Source: a virus
IMG/VR virus record: IMGVR_UViG_3300017991_000034
Coordinates: 1 to 39,918 of that record
DNA: 39,918 nt
Reading direction: 5' to 3' (one strand)
Part shown: positions 8,448-16,258 of the stretch, piece by piece
Position numbering within the stretch: the first letter of the stretch is position 1
How the letters are laid out: each line of letters begins with the position of its first letter
Position numbers and translations under genes: made by a program
Notes under the pieces: generated by a model
What the model saw: only the letters and a program-made list of their open reading frames with translations
Told to the model about the DNA's origin: nothing
Database searches by the model: none

Positions 8448-9575
8448 TTATAATAAAGCAGAAAGTCCTCCACCACCTCCAATACTCCCTAGTTTTCCAA
8501 GCAGTTTTCCAGGAGCTCCAACTACTTCTCCTAAAACAGTTCCCAATCCTGTAACAAATTTGCTTGGTGCTTCAGGAACTTCACGGGCTAAATCTTTTTT
8601 AAATTGTTCAGTTATTTTATCATATTTTTTTTCTACTTTAGAATCTACTTTTTCCATCAAATCTAAAGGAGGAATACCTTTGTTTTCATTAATAATATTC
8701 TTCATAGCATTATTATATTCTAATCCTATACGCGATACTCTTTTTAGATTAGAAATAACTCTTTTTCTTCCTTCTGGAGATTGAGATAAGGAAGGTATTG
8801 TCTTAAGGAACTGTTCCAATTCGAAATTACTAATTCGTGCACCCAGGTAACTCTTTACATCACGCATAAAAGTTTGTGCTATTTTATTAAATTCTTCAGT
8901 TCCTGGATTCATTAAAGCAGGAACATCAAATCCAGAACGCTTTAAAAATTCTATATAGCCTGGTGTATCTAATTTACCTTCTGTTTCTAATTCTTCCATT
9001 CTTTCAAGATCTGATAAATTTTGTCTTGAAGCCTTAGCTTTTTCTATTACTTCCTTCCTAAAATCTTTAGTTTCTTTAAAAGCTTCTTTTTTTTGTTGCT
9101 GTAAATCTTTTCTTTCTTGTGCTGTCATTTTTTCTTTAGATAGTCTTTCTTTTTGTTGTAATTGAGCAATTTTAAATTGATCTTGTTGACTTAATCTTGG
9201 CTTAGTTAAAATATCTTGAAAAGAAGGATAACTAGCTTCAGGTGCTTCTTTACCAATTTTAGTAGGAGCAGCTTGCTGTAGTTCTTGTGGAATTTGCACA
9301 GGAGCTTCTCTTAAACCTCCAAGAGCTTGACCTAAGCCTGCAGATTCGGCACCAGCTAAATAATTTTTAACTACTAATTGTTGAAGTGCGGGTGGTAATT
9401 GAGAAATTTGTCCAGTTGCTTCTTCTGGTATTCCTAATGCCTCTAACCCTTTAGCTTCTTTCTTTTTCGTCATTTGATCTATTTTATTCTGCAATAAAAG
9501 CTGTAGACCTTGTCCTAATGAAGATCCGAGTTGTGAAGCAAATGTTTCTTCTTTAGGTAATATTTGAATTGCCAT
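8448..9575 (-). CDS. Internal virion / ejection-type protein (375 aa), Gln/Lys/Glu-rich coiled coil with a Gly-rich C-terminus
   Basis: ORF track, with SD AGGAG. The call rests on composition and on position after the tail genes. No enzymatic motif was seen. Confidence 0.4.
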   Translation of the reverse strand: MAIQILPKEETFASQLGSSLGQGLQLLLQNKIDQMTKKKEAKGLEALGIPEEATGQISQLPPALQQLVVKNYLAGAESAGLGQALGGLREAPVQIPQELQQAAPTKIGKEAPEASYPSFQDILTKPRLSQQDQFKIAQLQQKERLSKEKMTAQERKDLQQQKKEAFKETKDFRKEVIEKAKASRQNLSDLERMEELETEGKLDTPGYIEFLKRSGFDVPALMNPGTEEFNKIAQTFMRDVKSYLGARISNFELEQFLKTIPSLSQSPEGRKRVISNLKRVSRIGLEYNNAMKNIINENKGIPPLDLMEKVDSKVEKKYDKITEQFKKDLAREVPEAPSKFVTGLGTVLGEVVGAPGKLLGKLGSIGGGGGLSALL

Positions 9576-9584
9576 GACGTACTC

Positions 9585-10016
9585 CTATAATGATTTTAAA
9601 AGCATTGGAAGAATTTGCATTAAGGCCTGAAGACCTCCTTGAGCCATACCTGGTTGAGATGGCATATAAGCACTTTCAAATCTTGGTTGTAGTCCCATGC
9701 CCAATTGTTGCATTCCAAACTGTCCTCTAAGTCCTGCAAGTTGTGATTCTAAGTCTGAACCAGCTCTTCCAAGCGCAGATTCAAAGGCGCTAGAGCGTTG
9801 TCCTCCAGCTCCCATACTTGTAAATCTTTCAGCAAGAGTAGGAACAGTTTCTTCTTGAAATCTCTTTCTGGCAATGTCTTCTATTCCTCCAAAATCAGCT
9901 CCTTGTAGTCCTTGCTGTAAAAGCTGATTAAGGGCAGATTCTTGTTCTGGTGTATATCTTTGAAATCTTTTTTCTTCGGCTGGCTTTCCGAATAAAAACT
10001 GTGAAAAACTAGGCAT
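9585..10016 (-). CDS. Gly/Gln/Met-rich internal virion protein (143 aa)
   Basis: ORF track, with SD GGAGA. Low-complexity QLGMGLQPRF...GMAQGGLQALMQILPML is typical of podovirus internal proteins. Confidence 0.4.
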   Translation of the reverse strand: MPSFSQFLFGKPAEEKRFQRYTPEQESALNQLLQQGLQGADFGGIEDIARKRFQEETVPTLAERFTSMGAGGQRSSAFESALGRAGSDLESQLAGLRGQFGMQQLGMGLQPRFESAYMPSQPGMAQGGLQALMQILPMLLKSL

Positions 10017-10027
10017 ACGTCTCCTTC

Positions 10028-10564
10028 CTAAAATTTTAAATACTCAACAACTACATACGTAATAGTATAAGCCGTTCTATTACTACCAGTAACTATTGTA
10101 ACATTGGTATTATCAACAGATAAAGCTATGTTATTAATTAAAGTTGGTGATGCATACGGTAAGGGCAAGTATGATGTTCCGGCTTGATCGTTAGCAACTC
10201 CATAAATTCTAGTAAATATAGTTCCTGCTGTGACGTTTATTCCATGAGCAACATTAGTTGTACCTGTATTAGGCAATGCTCCAAAATTAATAACCTTCCT
10301 GTAAGTTTGTCTAAAATCTGGAGTTACTGCACTTAAAGATGAGGTTCCAGTTTGAGGGAAAAACTTTTGTCCTGTAACAAACTCAGAAGTATCATAATAT
10401 CCAGTATCTTTAAGATTGATATTAACAGACATCAAGTTAAGATTTTGATACAACCTAACTAAAAGTTCTTTAAATTCCGGGCTTGTTACTTCAGTTGAAT
10501 AAATTTCAGCAGTATCCCAAATATTAGTAGTAGGTATAAAGGAACCGATTTCTGCATTAGCCAT
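10028..10564 (-). CDS. Virion structural protein (178 aa), unknown role
   Basis: ORF track. Its start overlaps the upstream stop (translational coupling). Confidence 0.5.
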   Translation of the reverse strand: MANAEIGSFIPTTNIWDTAEIYSTEVTSPEFKELLVRLYQNLNLMSVNINLKDTGYYDTSEFVTGQKFFPQTGTSSLSAVTPDFRQTYRKVINFGALPNTGTTNVAHGINVTAGTIFTRIYGVANDQAGTSYLPLPYASPTLINNIALSVDNTNVTIVTGSNRTAYTITYVVVEYLKF

Positions 10565-12816
10565 TAAGATATCCTACCTTTCTGGGAAAGATTTAGAATA
10601 AACCCTTCAAGTTGAAAATCTGATTCTGCTATATCTGTGTCAAGCATTTGATCATCACTTAAAATTATATTTAATTGAATGCTATCACCTTCTGTTCCAA
10701 AATATACTCTATGCCATAAAAGTTGTTGATATTGTTCAAGAGGAACTAAATCATATGCTGATGTTTCTAATACATTATTTCCTACAATAGCTCCAGTTGC
10801 TATTCCATCTGTAACCATAGATATGTAAGAAGAAGAAGGTGTATAATCTACTGTAATTTCTCCATTAGTTGTTCTTTGAACTGCAAAATCTACACTATCT
10901 ATAGAGATATTAGTTCCAGTTTTAACATATGGGTTAAATCTTTTCGTTAAGATATCTATCCTAGAAACTCTAGATATTGTTCCTCCGCCAGTGTATGTTC
11001 CAGCAAAATTAGCTTCATATACTTGGATTGTATCTTCTGATGTAGCTGTAACTATATAGTTGTTGTCATTTATACCAGTTACTCCTTGGCAATTTGATAT
11101 TTTTATAAATGATCCGGTAAACAAGTTATGATCTATCACTGTTATAGTTACTATTCCAGCAGCTGCAGACATGTTTGTAATCTGAAGAGCTGACGCATTA
11201 GTGAAAATATTATTTGCTAGCTTAAATACAAATCCTTCTTGATTTCCAGCTATTACTTGTCGGAATTGTGCCTGTATTGTTCCGCTAGACCATGTAAATC
11301 CTGCAGAGTGCCAAGGAAGAGCAGAAGATGCCCATGTCCTACCTGTTTGTTGTTCGAAAAACCCAAAAGAGGTAATACTATCTTCATTGATAGCCCAGGT
11401 ACCATCTTTATAGTTATATACAAGAATAACATTAGGATATGTTTCCGCATATTGATCTGAATTAGAAGTTGAAAAAGTCCAATAAACATTTTCAGAATAA
11501 TAATCTCTAATTCCAGCCACTCTTTGCGGACCTTCATTATCGTTTCGTATTCTGAATACCAAATCTGGAATTTCACTATCAATTCTTTGGACGTTAGCTC
11601 CACTACAAGCATGTATACCAGTAGTTCCTATTGTGAGAATAGCCTTATCAAATGGAACAGAAGAAAAAGTTGATTCTGAACCTAGTTCTGTATTAATTTT
11701 TTGCCATATAAAAGGCTGTACTGCATTACCAGTATAGGCTAATTCCCATGTACTCTTTTCAAAATATACTATAAGCCTATCTTTAATAAACTCTGCTCCT
11801 ACTATTTGTTCTTTAGTAGAAGCATCTATCCAACCACCACCAGTAAATCCTGCCTGATTGGGTTCATAAAATGCGCTAGCAGCTAGCGGACTTCCATTAT
11901 GAGAGAATCTACATCTATTGGCATGCTGAGTATTAGTGCCAAGACCTCCACCGGCATCATTTTCAATTGTATTTAAAAGAATCAATCTATCCCTAAAAGG
12001 AAGAATAATCCTTGCAGACCTTACAAAATTAGCTCCCACTATAAAAGCAGGCTGAAATTGGGTCCATCCGGTTATACCAGTACCATCATAATACCACATT
12101 GGATCATCTGTAGCAGCTGCAGGAATACTAGCATTAAAATTAGAAGTAAATAAAATATTTACGTCTCCAGTAGCACCTCTCCAGTTAGCAGCCTGAAAGA
12201 ATTCTGAATCACTACCATTGAATTGGCTACCGGTAGTTGGACCAATTCGGTTCCAAAAACCACCAGAAAATTGATATGCAAATTGCGTATCAAATGCTAT
12301 AGCGGGATTACTATTTAATACGTCTGTTTCTACATTCCATAAACCCATTACAGGTTCAGCAGGATAGAAATATATTTGTGTTGTAGCAGGAGCACCATTA
12401 AAAACATATGCTCCACTAGTTGTGTCAAACGTATGAGTTGTAGCTCCCCCAGTTGTTAACATCGCAGCAGGTGTTCCTGTTTGATAGACGGTGAATATTT
12501 CATCGCCTATAGAAAAAAGCTGACCTACTTTAAATATATTTCCTGGAACGGTTCCTGTTGCAGCTCCAGCACCGTCAGTTATACCAACTGCAGATCCACC
12601 AGTAAGTGTTATCCGTAATCTTGAAAATAATTGCGCTGTAGCCGCAGATGTCCATCCGGTACCCGTACACACAGAACCAAAACGTTTACGTATTCTTCCT
12701 TCATACATATATGCATTAGTTAATTTTTCGAACGAATCCTCAGGAATTTGCCAAGATTTTAAATCTGTTCGTAGACCTTCTTTTATCGGAGCAATTAAAA
12801 AGCGATCTTTTGCCAT
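10564..12816 (-). CDS. Large tail protein (750 aa), possibly a tail tubular / nozzle-type protein; carries one copy of a small beta-barrel module
   Basis: ORF track. The N-terminus IKEGLRTDLKSWQIPEDSFEKLTNAYMYEGRIRKRFG resembles, from memory, T7 gp12-class N-termini. The module is GIVTITVIDHNLFTGSFIKISNCQGVTGINDNNYIVTATSEDTIQV. Confidence 0.4.
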   Translation of the reverse strand: MAKDRFLIAPIKEGLRTDLKSWQIPEDSFEKLTNAYMYEGRIRKRFGSVCTGTGWTSAATAQLFSRLRITLTGGSAVGITDGAGAATGTVPGNIFKVGQLFSIGDEIFTVYQTGTPAAMLTTGGATTHTFDTTSGAYVFNGAPATTQIYFYPAEPVMGLWNVETDVLNSNPAIAFDTQFAYQFSGGFWNRIGPTTGSQFNGSDSEFFQAANWRGATGDVNILFTSNFNASIPAAATDDPMWYYDGTGITGWTQFQPAFIVGANFVRSARIILPFRDRLILLNTIENDAGGGLGTNTQHANRCRFSHNGSPLAASAFYEPNQAGFTGGGWIDASTKEQIVGAEFIKDRLIVYFEKSTWELAYTGNAVQPFIWQKINTELGSESTFSSVPFDKAILTIGTTGIHACSGANVQRIDSEIPDLVFRIRNDNEGPQRVAGIRDYYSENVYWTFSTSNSDQYAETYPNVILVYNYKDGTWAINEDSITSFGFFEQQTGRTWASSALPWHSAGFTWSSGTIQAQFRQVIAGNQEGFVFKLANNIFTNASALQITNMSAAAGIVTITVIDHNLFTGSFIKISNCQGVTGINDNNYIVTATSEDTIQVYEANFAGTYTGGGTISRVSRIDILTKRFNPYVKTGTNISIDSVDFAVQRTTNGEITVDYTPSSSYISMVTDGIATGAIVGNNVLETSAYDLVPLEQYQQLLWHRVYFGTEGDSIQLNIILSDDQMLDTDIAESDFQLEGFILNLSQKGRIS

Positions 12817-12818
12817 GA

Positions 12819-13397
12819 TTAGTATCCTATAGCTAAAAATCTATACGTAGCAGCTGTACCTTTTAACGCAGAAGTAGCTCTAGTAGCAGAAAAAGTAGTA
12901 GTAGTCATAGAGGTTGCTCCAAGCACATAATCTCCAACATTACCATTTCCAGTGGCACCAAGACATATAATTACTTGAAGGCAAGAATTAGAGAAAGGCT
13001 GCACAAAAGTATGAGTTCTTGCTTGTATTTCTCCAGCTATAGTACTTCCACCCCAAACTAATTGAATACCGGAAGGTAGCATAGTCCATCCCTCTGAGGC
13101 TTTAGTAGCAGATGTAATCTCTACAACATCACCATCTGATTCATTTCTTATAAATAATTCAGCCACTCCAGAAAGAGCTGATTGTTTAGAATATAAAGCT
13201 TTTTCATTAGCTGCAGTTGTAGGATCTGCACCTTGTTCTGGAAAAGAAATATGTTTATGTTTACCCTGATCTCCAGTATCAAATGTTACGTGATTTATAT
13301 CTACCAAAGTCTTAATTGCTGCAAAATTATCCTGAATATCCTGTTGAGATTGGGATAATAGATCATTAGCCCCTGGAATTGAGTTACTGTATGCCAT
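12819..13397 (-). CDS. Tail-associated structural protein (192 aa)
   Basis: ORF track, with SD GAAGGAGG. The N-terminal pattern LLSQSQQDIQDNFAAIKTLVDINHVTF...GKHKHISFPEQ is common in phage tail and fibre proteins (from memory). Confidence 0.45.
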   Translation of the reverse strand: MAYSNSIPGANDLLSQSQQDIQDNFAAIKTLVDINHVTFDTGDQGKHKHISFPEQGADPTTAANEKALYSKQSALSGVAELFIRNESDGDVVEITSATKASEGWTMLPSGIQLVWGGSTIAGEIQARTHTFVQPFSNSCLQVIICLGATGNGNVGDYVLGATSMTTTTFSATRATSALKGTAATYRFLAIGY

Positions 13398-14380
13398 TAG
13401 TAGCCTCCTTCATTAAAAAAACCAGATACATTACCATTGGTTCCACTATATATAGTAGCTGTTCGTTCTTGTGATTGCTGATTAACTGTTCTTCTATTAA
13501 CTAATGCCTCTTGTTTTTTAAATTCAGGCATAATCATTTGAACGCTTTCCATATCCATACGATCTTCAAATACTTTCTTAGCAGCACCATAAGCAATATA
13601 TTGCCACCACTGAGACAACAATGGCTGGCTAGCATCAGTTAATAACTCAGTAGGCCTTATATCGTATTCAAAGTTAACAGCATACGGTTTATCTGGAACT
13701 GGTCTTAAAATAATAGAATTACCATAAAAAAGTACAGCACTTGGCATTCCAGCTGCATATATAACTGTCTGAGAGTCAACAGACTTATCAGTATCTGGAG
13801 GAGAACTAAAAGTTATATCATATTCTCCTGTTGTATAATTTATCGTACTAACTGCTCCAATATCTCCCGCAAACGTTCCTTCGCCGTCATTAGGATCGTT
13901 TGGAACGTCGTACATAGCCATTCCAACGTTATTATCAGCAATAGAAGTAAATGAAACATGTCCCCTCAAGATAGGAACCCCTGATAGAGTTCCAGTAAAG
14001 TCATCAGTTACAGAATCTCCAGTAGCTATAGATTTTATACTTTCAACTTTTGGATATAAATTATAAAATTCTTCTCTATTTTGAGAGTATATAGTTTTTT
14101 GACCAGCTACATAAAAATTTCCGTAAATATTAATACATGTATTTAAAAAATTATCTGCCAAGTCATTTAGCTCGTATGTGTCTACATTAGGCTGAGTAAA
14201 AAAAGTATATGTTCTTCTTAATGAAAAAGTTCTTAGATGCTCTGGAAAATCATAAAGAACAAACGTATTAATATAATCATTAATTGTATCATCAGTTATT
14301 TGTGCATTAGAAGGTGACTTGGTAAGCCTCCTAACTTTTATCCTTATCTTCTCAAGCGTAGATAAAGTATTATCTGGCAT
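13397..14380 (-). CDS. Virion structural protein (327 aa), possible head-tail adaptor
   Basis: ORF track, with SD AAGGAG. Its position lies between the capsid-proximal genes and the tail genes. Confidence 0.35.
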   Translation of the reverse strand: MPDNTLSTLEKIRIKVRRLTKSPSNAQITDDTINDYINTFVLYDFPEHLRTFSLRRTYTFFTQPNVDTYELNDLADNFLNTCINIYGNFYVAGQKTIYSQNREEFYNLYPKVESIKSIATGDSVTDDFTGTLSGVPILRGHVSFTSIADNNVGMAMYDVPNDPNDGEGTFAGDIGAVSTINYTTGEYDITFSSPPDTDKSVDSQTVIYAAGMPSAVLFYGNSIILRPVPDKPYAVNFEYDIRPTELLTDASQPLLSQWWQYIAYGAAKKVFEDRMDMESVQMIMPEFKKQEALVNRRTVNQQSQERTATIYSGTNGNVSGFFNEGGY

Positions 14381-14392
14381 TTTAACTCCTTA

Positions 14393-14749
14393 TTAAGTTA
14401 CATCCTGCACGGCTGCAGTAAGTTGATTACTAACTTGACCTATAGGAACAATTAAAGCACAAGTATTATCATGCCATGAAGGAGATACCGGAATAGAAAA
14501 TGCATCATAATTAGTTGTATCTATATCTACAGTAAACGTATCTGCTCCCGTCACTGTTATTATTCCTACTTTTTTATTTATTTGGCTCATGCCAACGCTT
14601 CTTGGAATATTAAATCTTACCATTGTTCCACTAACGTAGTTATGATTAAATGTTGTAGTTACAACAGCATTCATTTCTCTAGTTATAGAGCTTATTAATC
14701 TCATTGCTGGTTGTATATTTGGATCAGGATCAGCATAACATGTAGACAT
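14393..14749 (-). CDS. Small structural protein (118 aa) consisting essentially of one beta-barrel module
   Basis: ORF track, with SD AAGGAGAG. AVVTTTFNHNYVSGTMVRFNIPRSVGMSQINKKVGIITVTGADTFTVDIDTTNYDAF matches modules in the 334-aa and 750-aa ORFs. Confidence 0.55.
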   Translation of the reverse strand: MSTCYADPDPNIQPAMRLISSITREMNAVVTTTFNHNYVSGTMVRFNIPRSVGMSQINKKVGIITVTGADTFTVDIDTTNYDAFSIPVSPSWHDNTCALIVPIGQVSNQLTAAVQDVT

Positions 14750-14767
14750 AATACTCTCCTTCTTCTT

Positions 14768-15163
14768 TTAGACGTTTTCTACTGTTACAATTTGAGATGG
14801 ACTTACTGATAGTTCTTCAACATCAACAAATTCTAAACTTTGAAAACCAAACCTACTAACCTTTTGCCCTACTTTCATAGACACATTACCTGATTCATCT
14901 TTTAAATACTGATGTACAGGATAGCATCCATTCTTATTCAAATGCTTAGCTACACCTAAAGGTAACGTATATACTTGCCCATCAACTAATGTATATTTCT
15001 CTACAGGATCTTCTTTATAGGCCTTATATACAAAGCTTAATTCTCCTCCTGGAACTTCATAAAACTTAAATATTCCTTTTACTTTTTCTCTATCTTTATC
15101 TCTCTGATACTTAAGACTTGGTTTTTTCTTAATATCTTCTTTTGATTTTATCTTATTTTCCAT
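14768..15163 (-). CDS. Hypothetical protein (131 aa from the ATG at 15163)
   Basis: The ORF-track start at 15211 would read through the GC palindrome. The ATG at 15163 has AAGAAGGA upstream. Confidence 0.55.
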   Translation of the reverse strand: MENKIKSKEDIKKKPSLKYQRDKDREKVKGIFKFYEVPGGELSFVYKAYKEDPVEKYTLVDGQVYTLPLGVAKHLNKNGCYPVHQYLKDESGNVSMKVGQKVSRFGFQSLEFVDVEELSVSPSQIVTVENV

Positions 15164-15182
15164 GTGATCCTTCTTTCTTTTA

Positions 15183-15198
15183 GGGCCCACGTGGGCCC
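15183..15198. repeat. Perfect 16-bp GC-rich palindrome GGGCCCACGTGGGCCC downstream of the capsid gene pair
   Basis: Read directly. It is a striking GC island in AT-rich DNA, with no U-tract on either side. Confidence 0.9.
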
Positions 15199-15240
15199 AT
15201 CCGGGTTCCAAAAAATTTAAAGAGAATTAATTTCTTAAAA

Positions 15241-16245
15241 CTAACCTATATCATAAGCAAAAGATTTGCCTGCACGCCATTTAATGGCATCACCAGATGT
15301 TCCACCTGGAGAACCAAGAGCAATAGCAGCATCAGAACTTGTGCCTAAGATCATTCCTATAAACCCTGTATTCAACGTTGAACTATCAGTATACAACCCA
15401 TCAGTTCCAACTGGAATCATTTGTGCATAATCTACTGGGGCTGCAGCTGGAAGAGGGAATGCAAATGCTGTATAGCCTGATGTATCTACTCCAATACTGA
15501 ATGTTGAAGCATCAATAGCTGTAACATCTACAAGTTGATCATTTAATTCTACCATTCCACAACTAACTGGAACTTTAATTCTTACTTTTTGACCTGTTGT
15601 TAAGCCATGGTCAACCAAAGTTGTTACTACACCAGGACTTGCTGCTGTAATATTAGCTATAACACGCTTTTTTGGATAGAACATGTCGTATACGGTTCTA
15701 TTTGGAGAAATATATCTATATGTTCCGTTAGCTCCTGCTATAACTCCAGGTGCTGTTGCTAATGTATTTGCAAGCCTGAAAGATGTATCCAATGTAACTG
15801 TATCAACTGAAAAATCTAAACCATTAAGACTTGTATGAGCAGTGTTCTGTATTCTAACAATGCTGCCAGCTACTAGTCTTCCTGTATCAGCTGTACTATA
15901 AACTGGTTGTGTAGCATTAGAACCAGCTGTGATAGCTACGGCTGCACCAGGAGTTTTATCTGTAGAATCTATTAAAGAGATGCCTCTATAGACAGCTCCA
16001 TTAAATCCTACTGCTGATGTTGATGTTGAAATAACTTGAGACGCTGCAGCATGAAAATCGTTTAATGCATCGTCTTGGTTCATACCTCTCTGCCAATACC
16101 ATCTAGTACTAGCCCATTGAGTAGAACCACCTATATTTGTAAGATTATATACTTCTACCCAATCTACATCAGATCTTAAAGGAATAATCTTATCAGTTCC
16201 ATCAGAACTAAAATATCCTTGTTGGTTAACTGTATTGTAAGCCAT
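15241..16245 (-). CDS. Capsid-associated protein (334 aa), possible decoration / head-fibre protein with two beta-barrel modules
   Basis: ORF track, with SD AAGGGA. It lies immediately downstream of the MCP. The modules are GRLVAGSIVRIQNTAHTSLNGLDFSVDTVTLDTSFRL and GVVTTLVDHGLTTGQKVRIKVPVSCGMVELNDQLVDVTAIDASTFSIGVDTSGYTAF. Confidence 0.45.
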   Translation of the reverse strand: MAYNTVNQQGYFSSDGTDKIIPLRSDVDWVEVYNLTNIGGSTQWASTRWYWQRGMNQDDALNDFHAAASQVISTSTSAVGFNGAVYRGISLIDSTDKTPGAAVAITAGSNATQPVYSTADTGRLVAGSIVRIQNTAHTSLNGLDFSVDTVTLDTSFRLANTLATAPGVIAGANGTYRYISPNRTVYDMFYPKKRVIANITAASPGVVTTLVDHGLTTGQKVRIKVPVSCGMVELNDQLVDVTAIDASTFSIGVDTSGYTAFAFPLPAAAPVDYAQMIPVGTDGLYTDSSTLNTGFIGMILGTSSDAAIALGSPGGTSGDAIKWRAGKSFAYDIG

Positions 16246-16258
16246 ATTAAATCCCTTT

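Noticed and set aside
11239-11612. ORFs 11239..11460 (+) and 11253..11612 (-) inside the 750-aa tail gene
   Set aside because: They lie fully within a well-supported 750-aa ORF in other frames. Their composition is implausible (Ile/Leu/Lys runs) and they have no ribosome-binding sites.
15164-15211. N-terminal extension of the 14768 gene (MEPGWAHVGPKRKKDH...)
   Set aside because: The extension is simply the translation of the GGGCCCACGTGGGCCC palindrome. The ATG at 15163 has a proper purine-rich SD.
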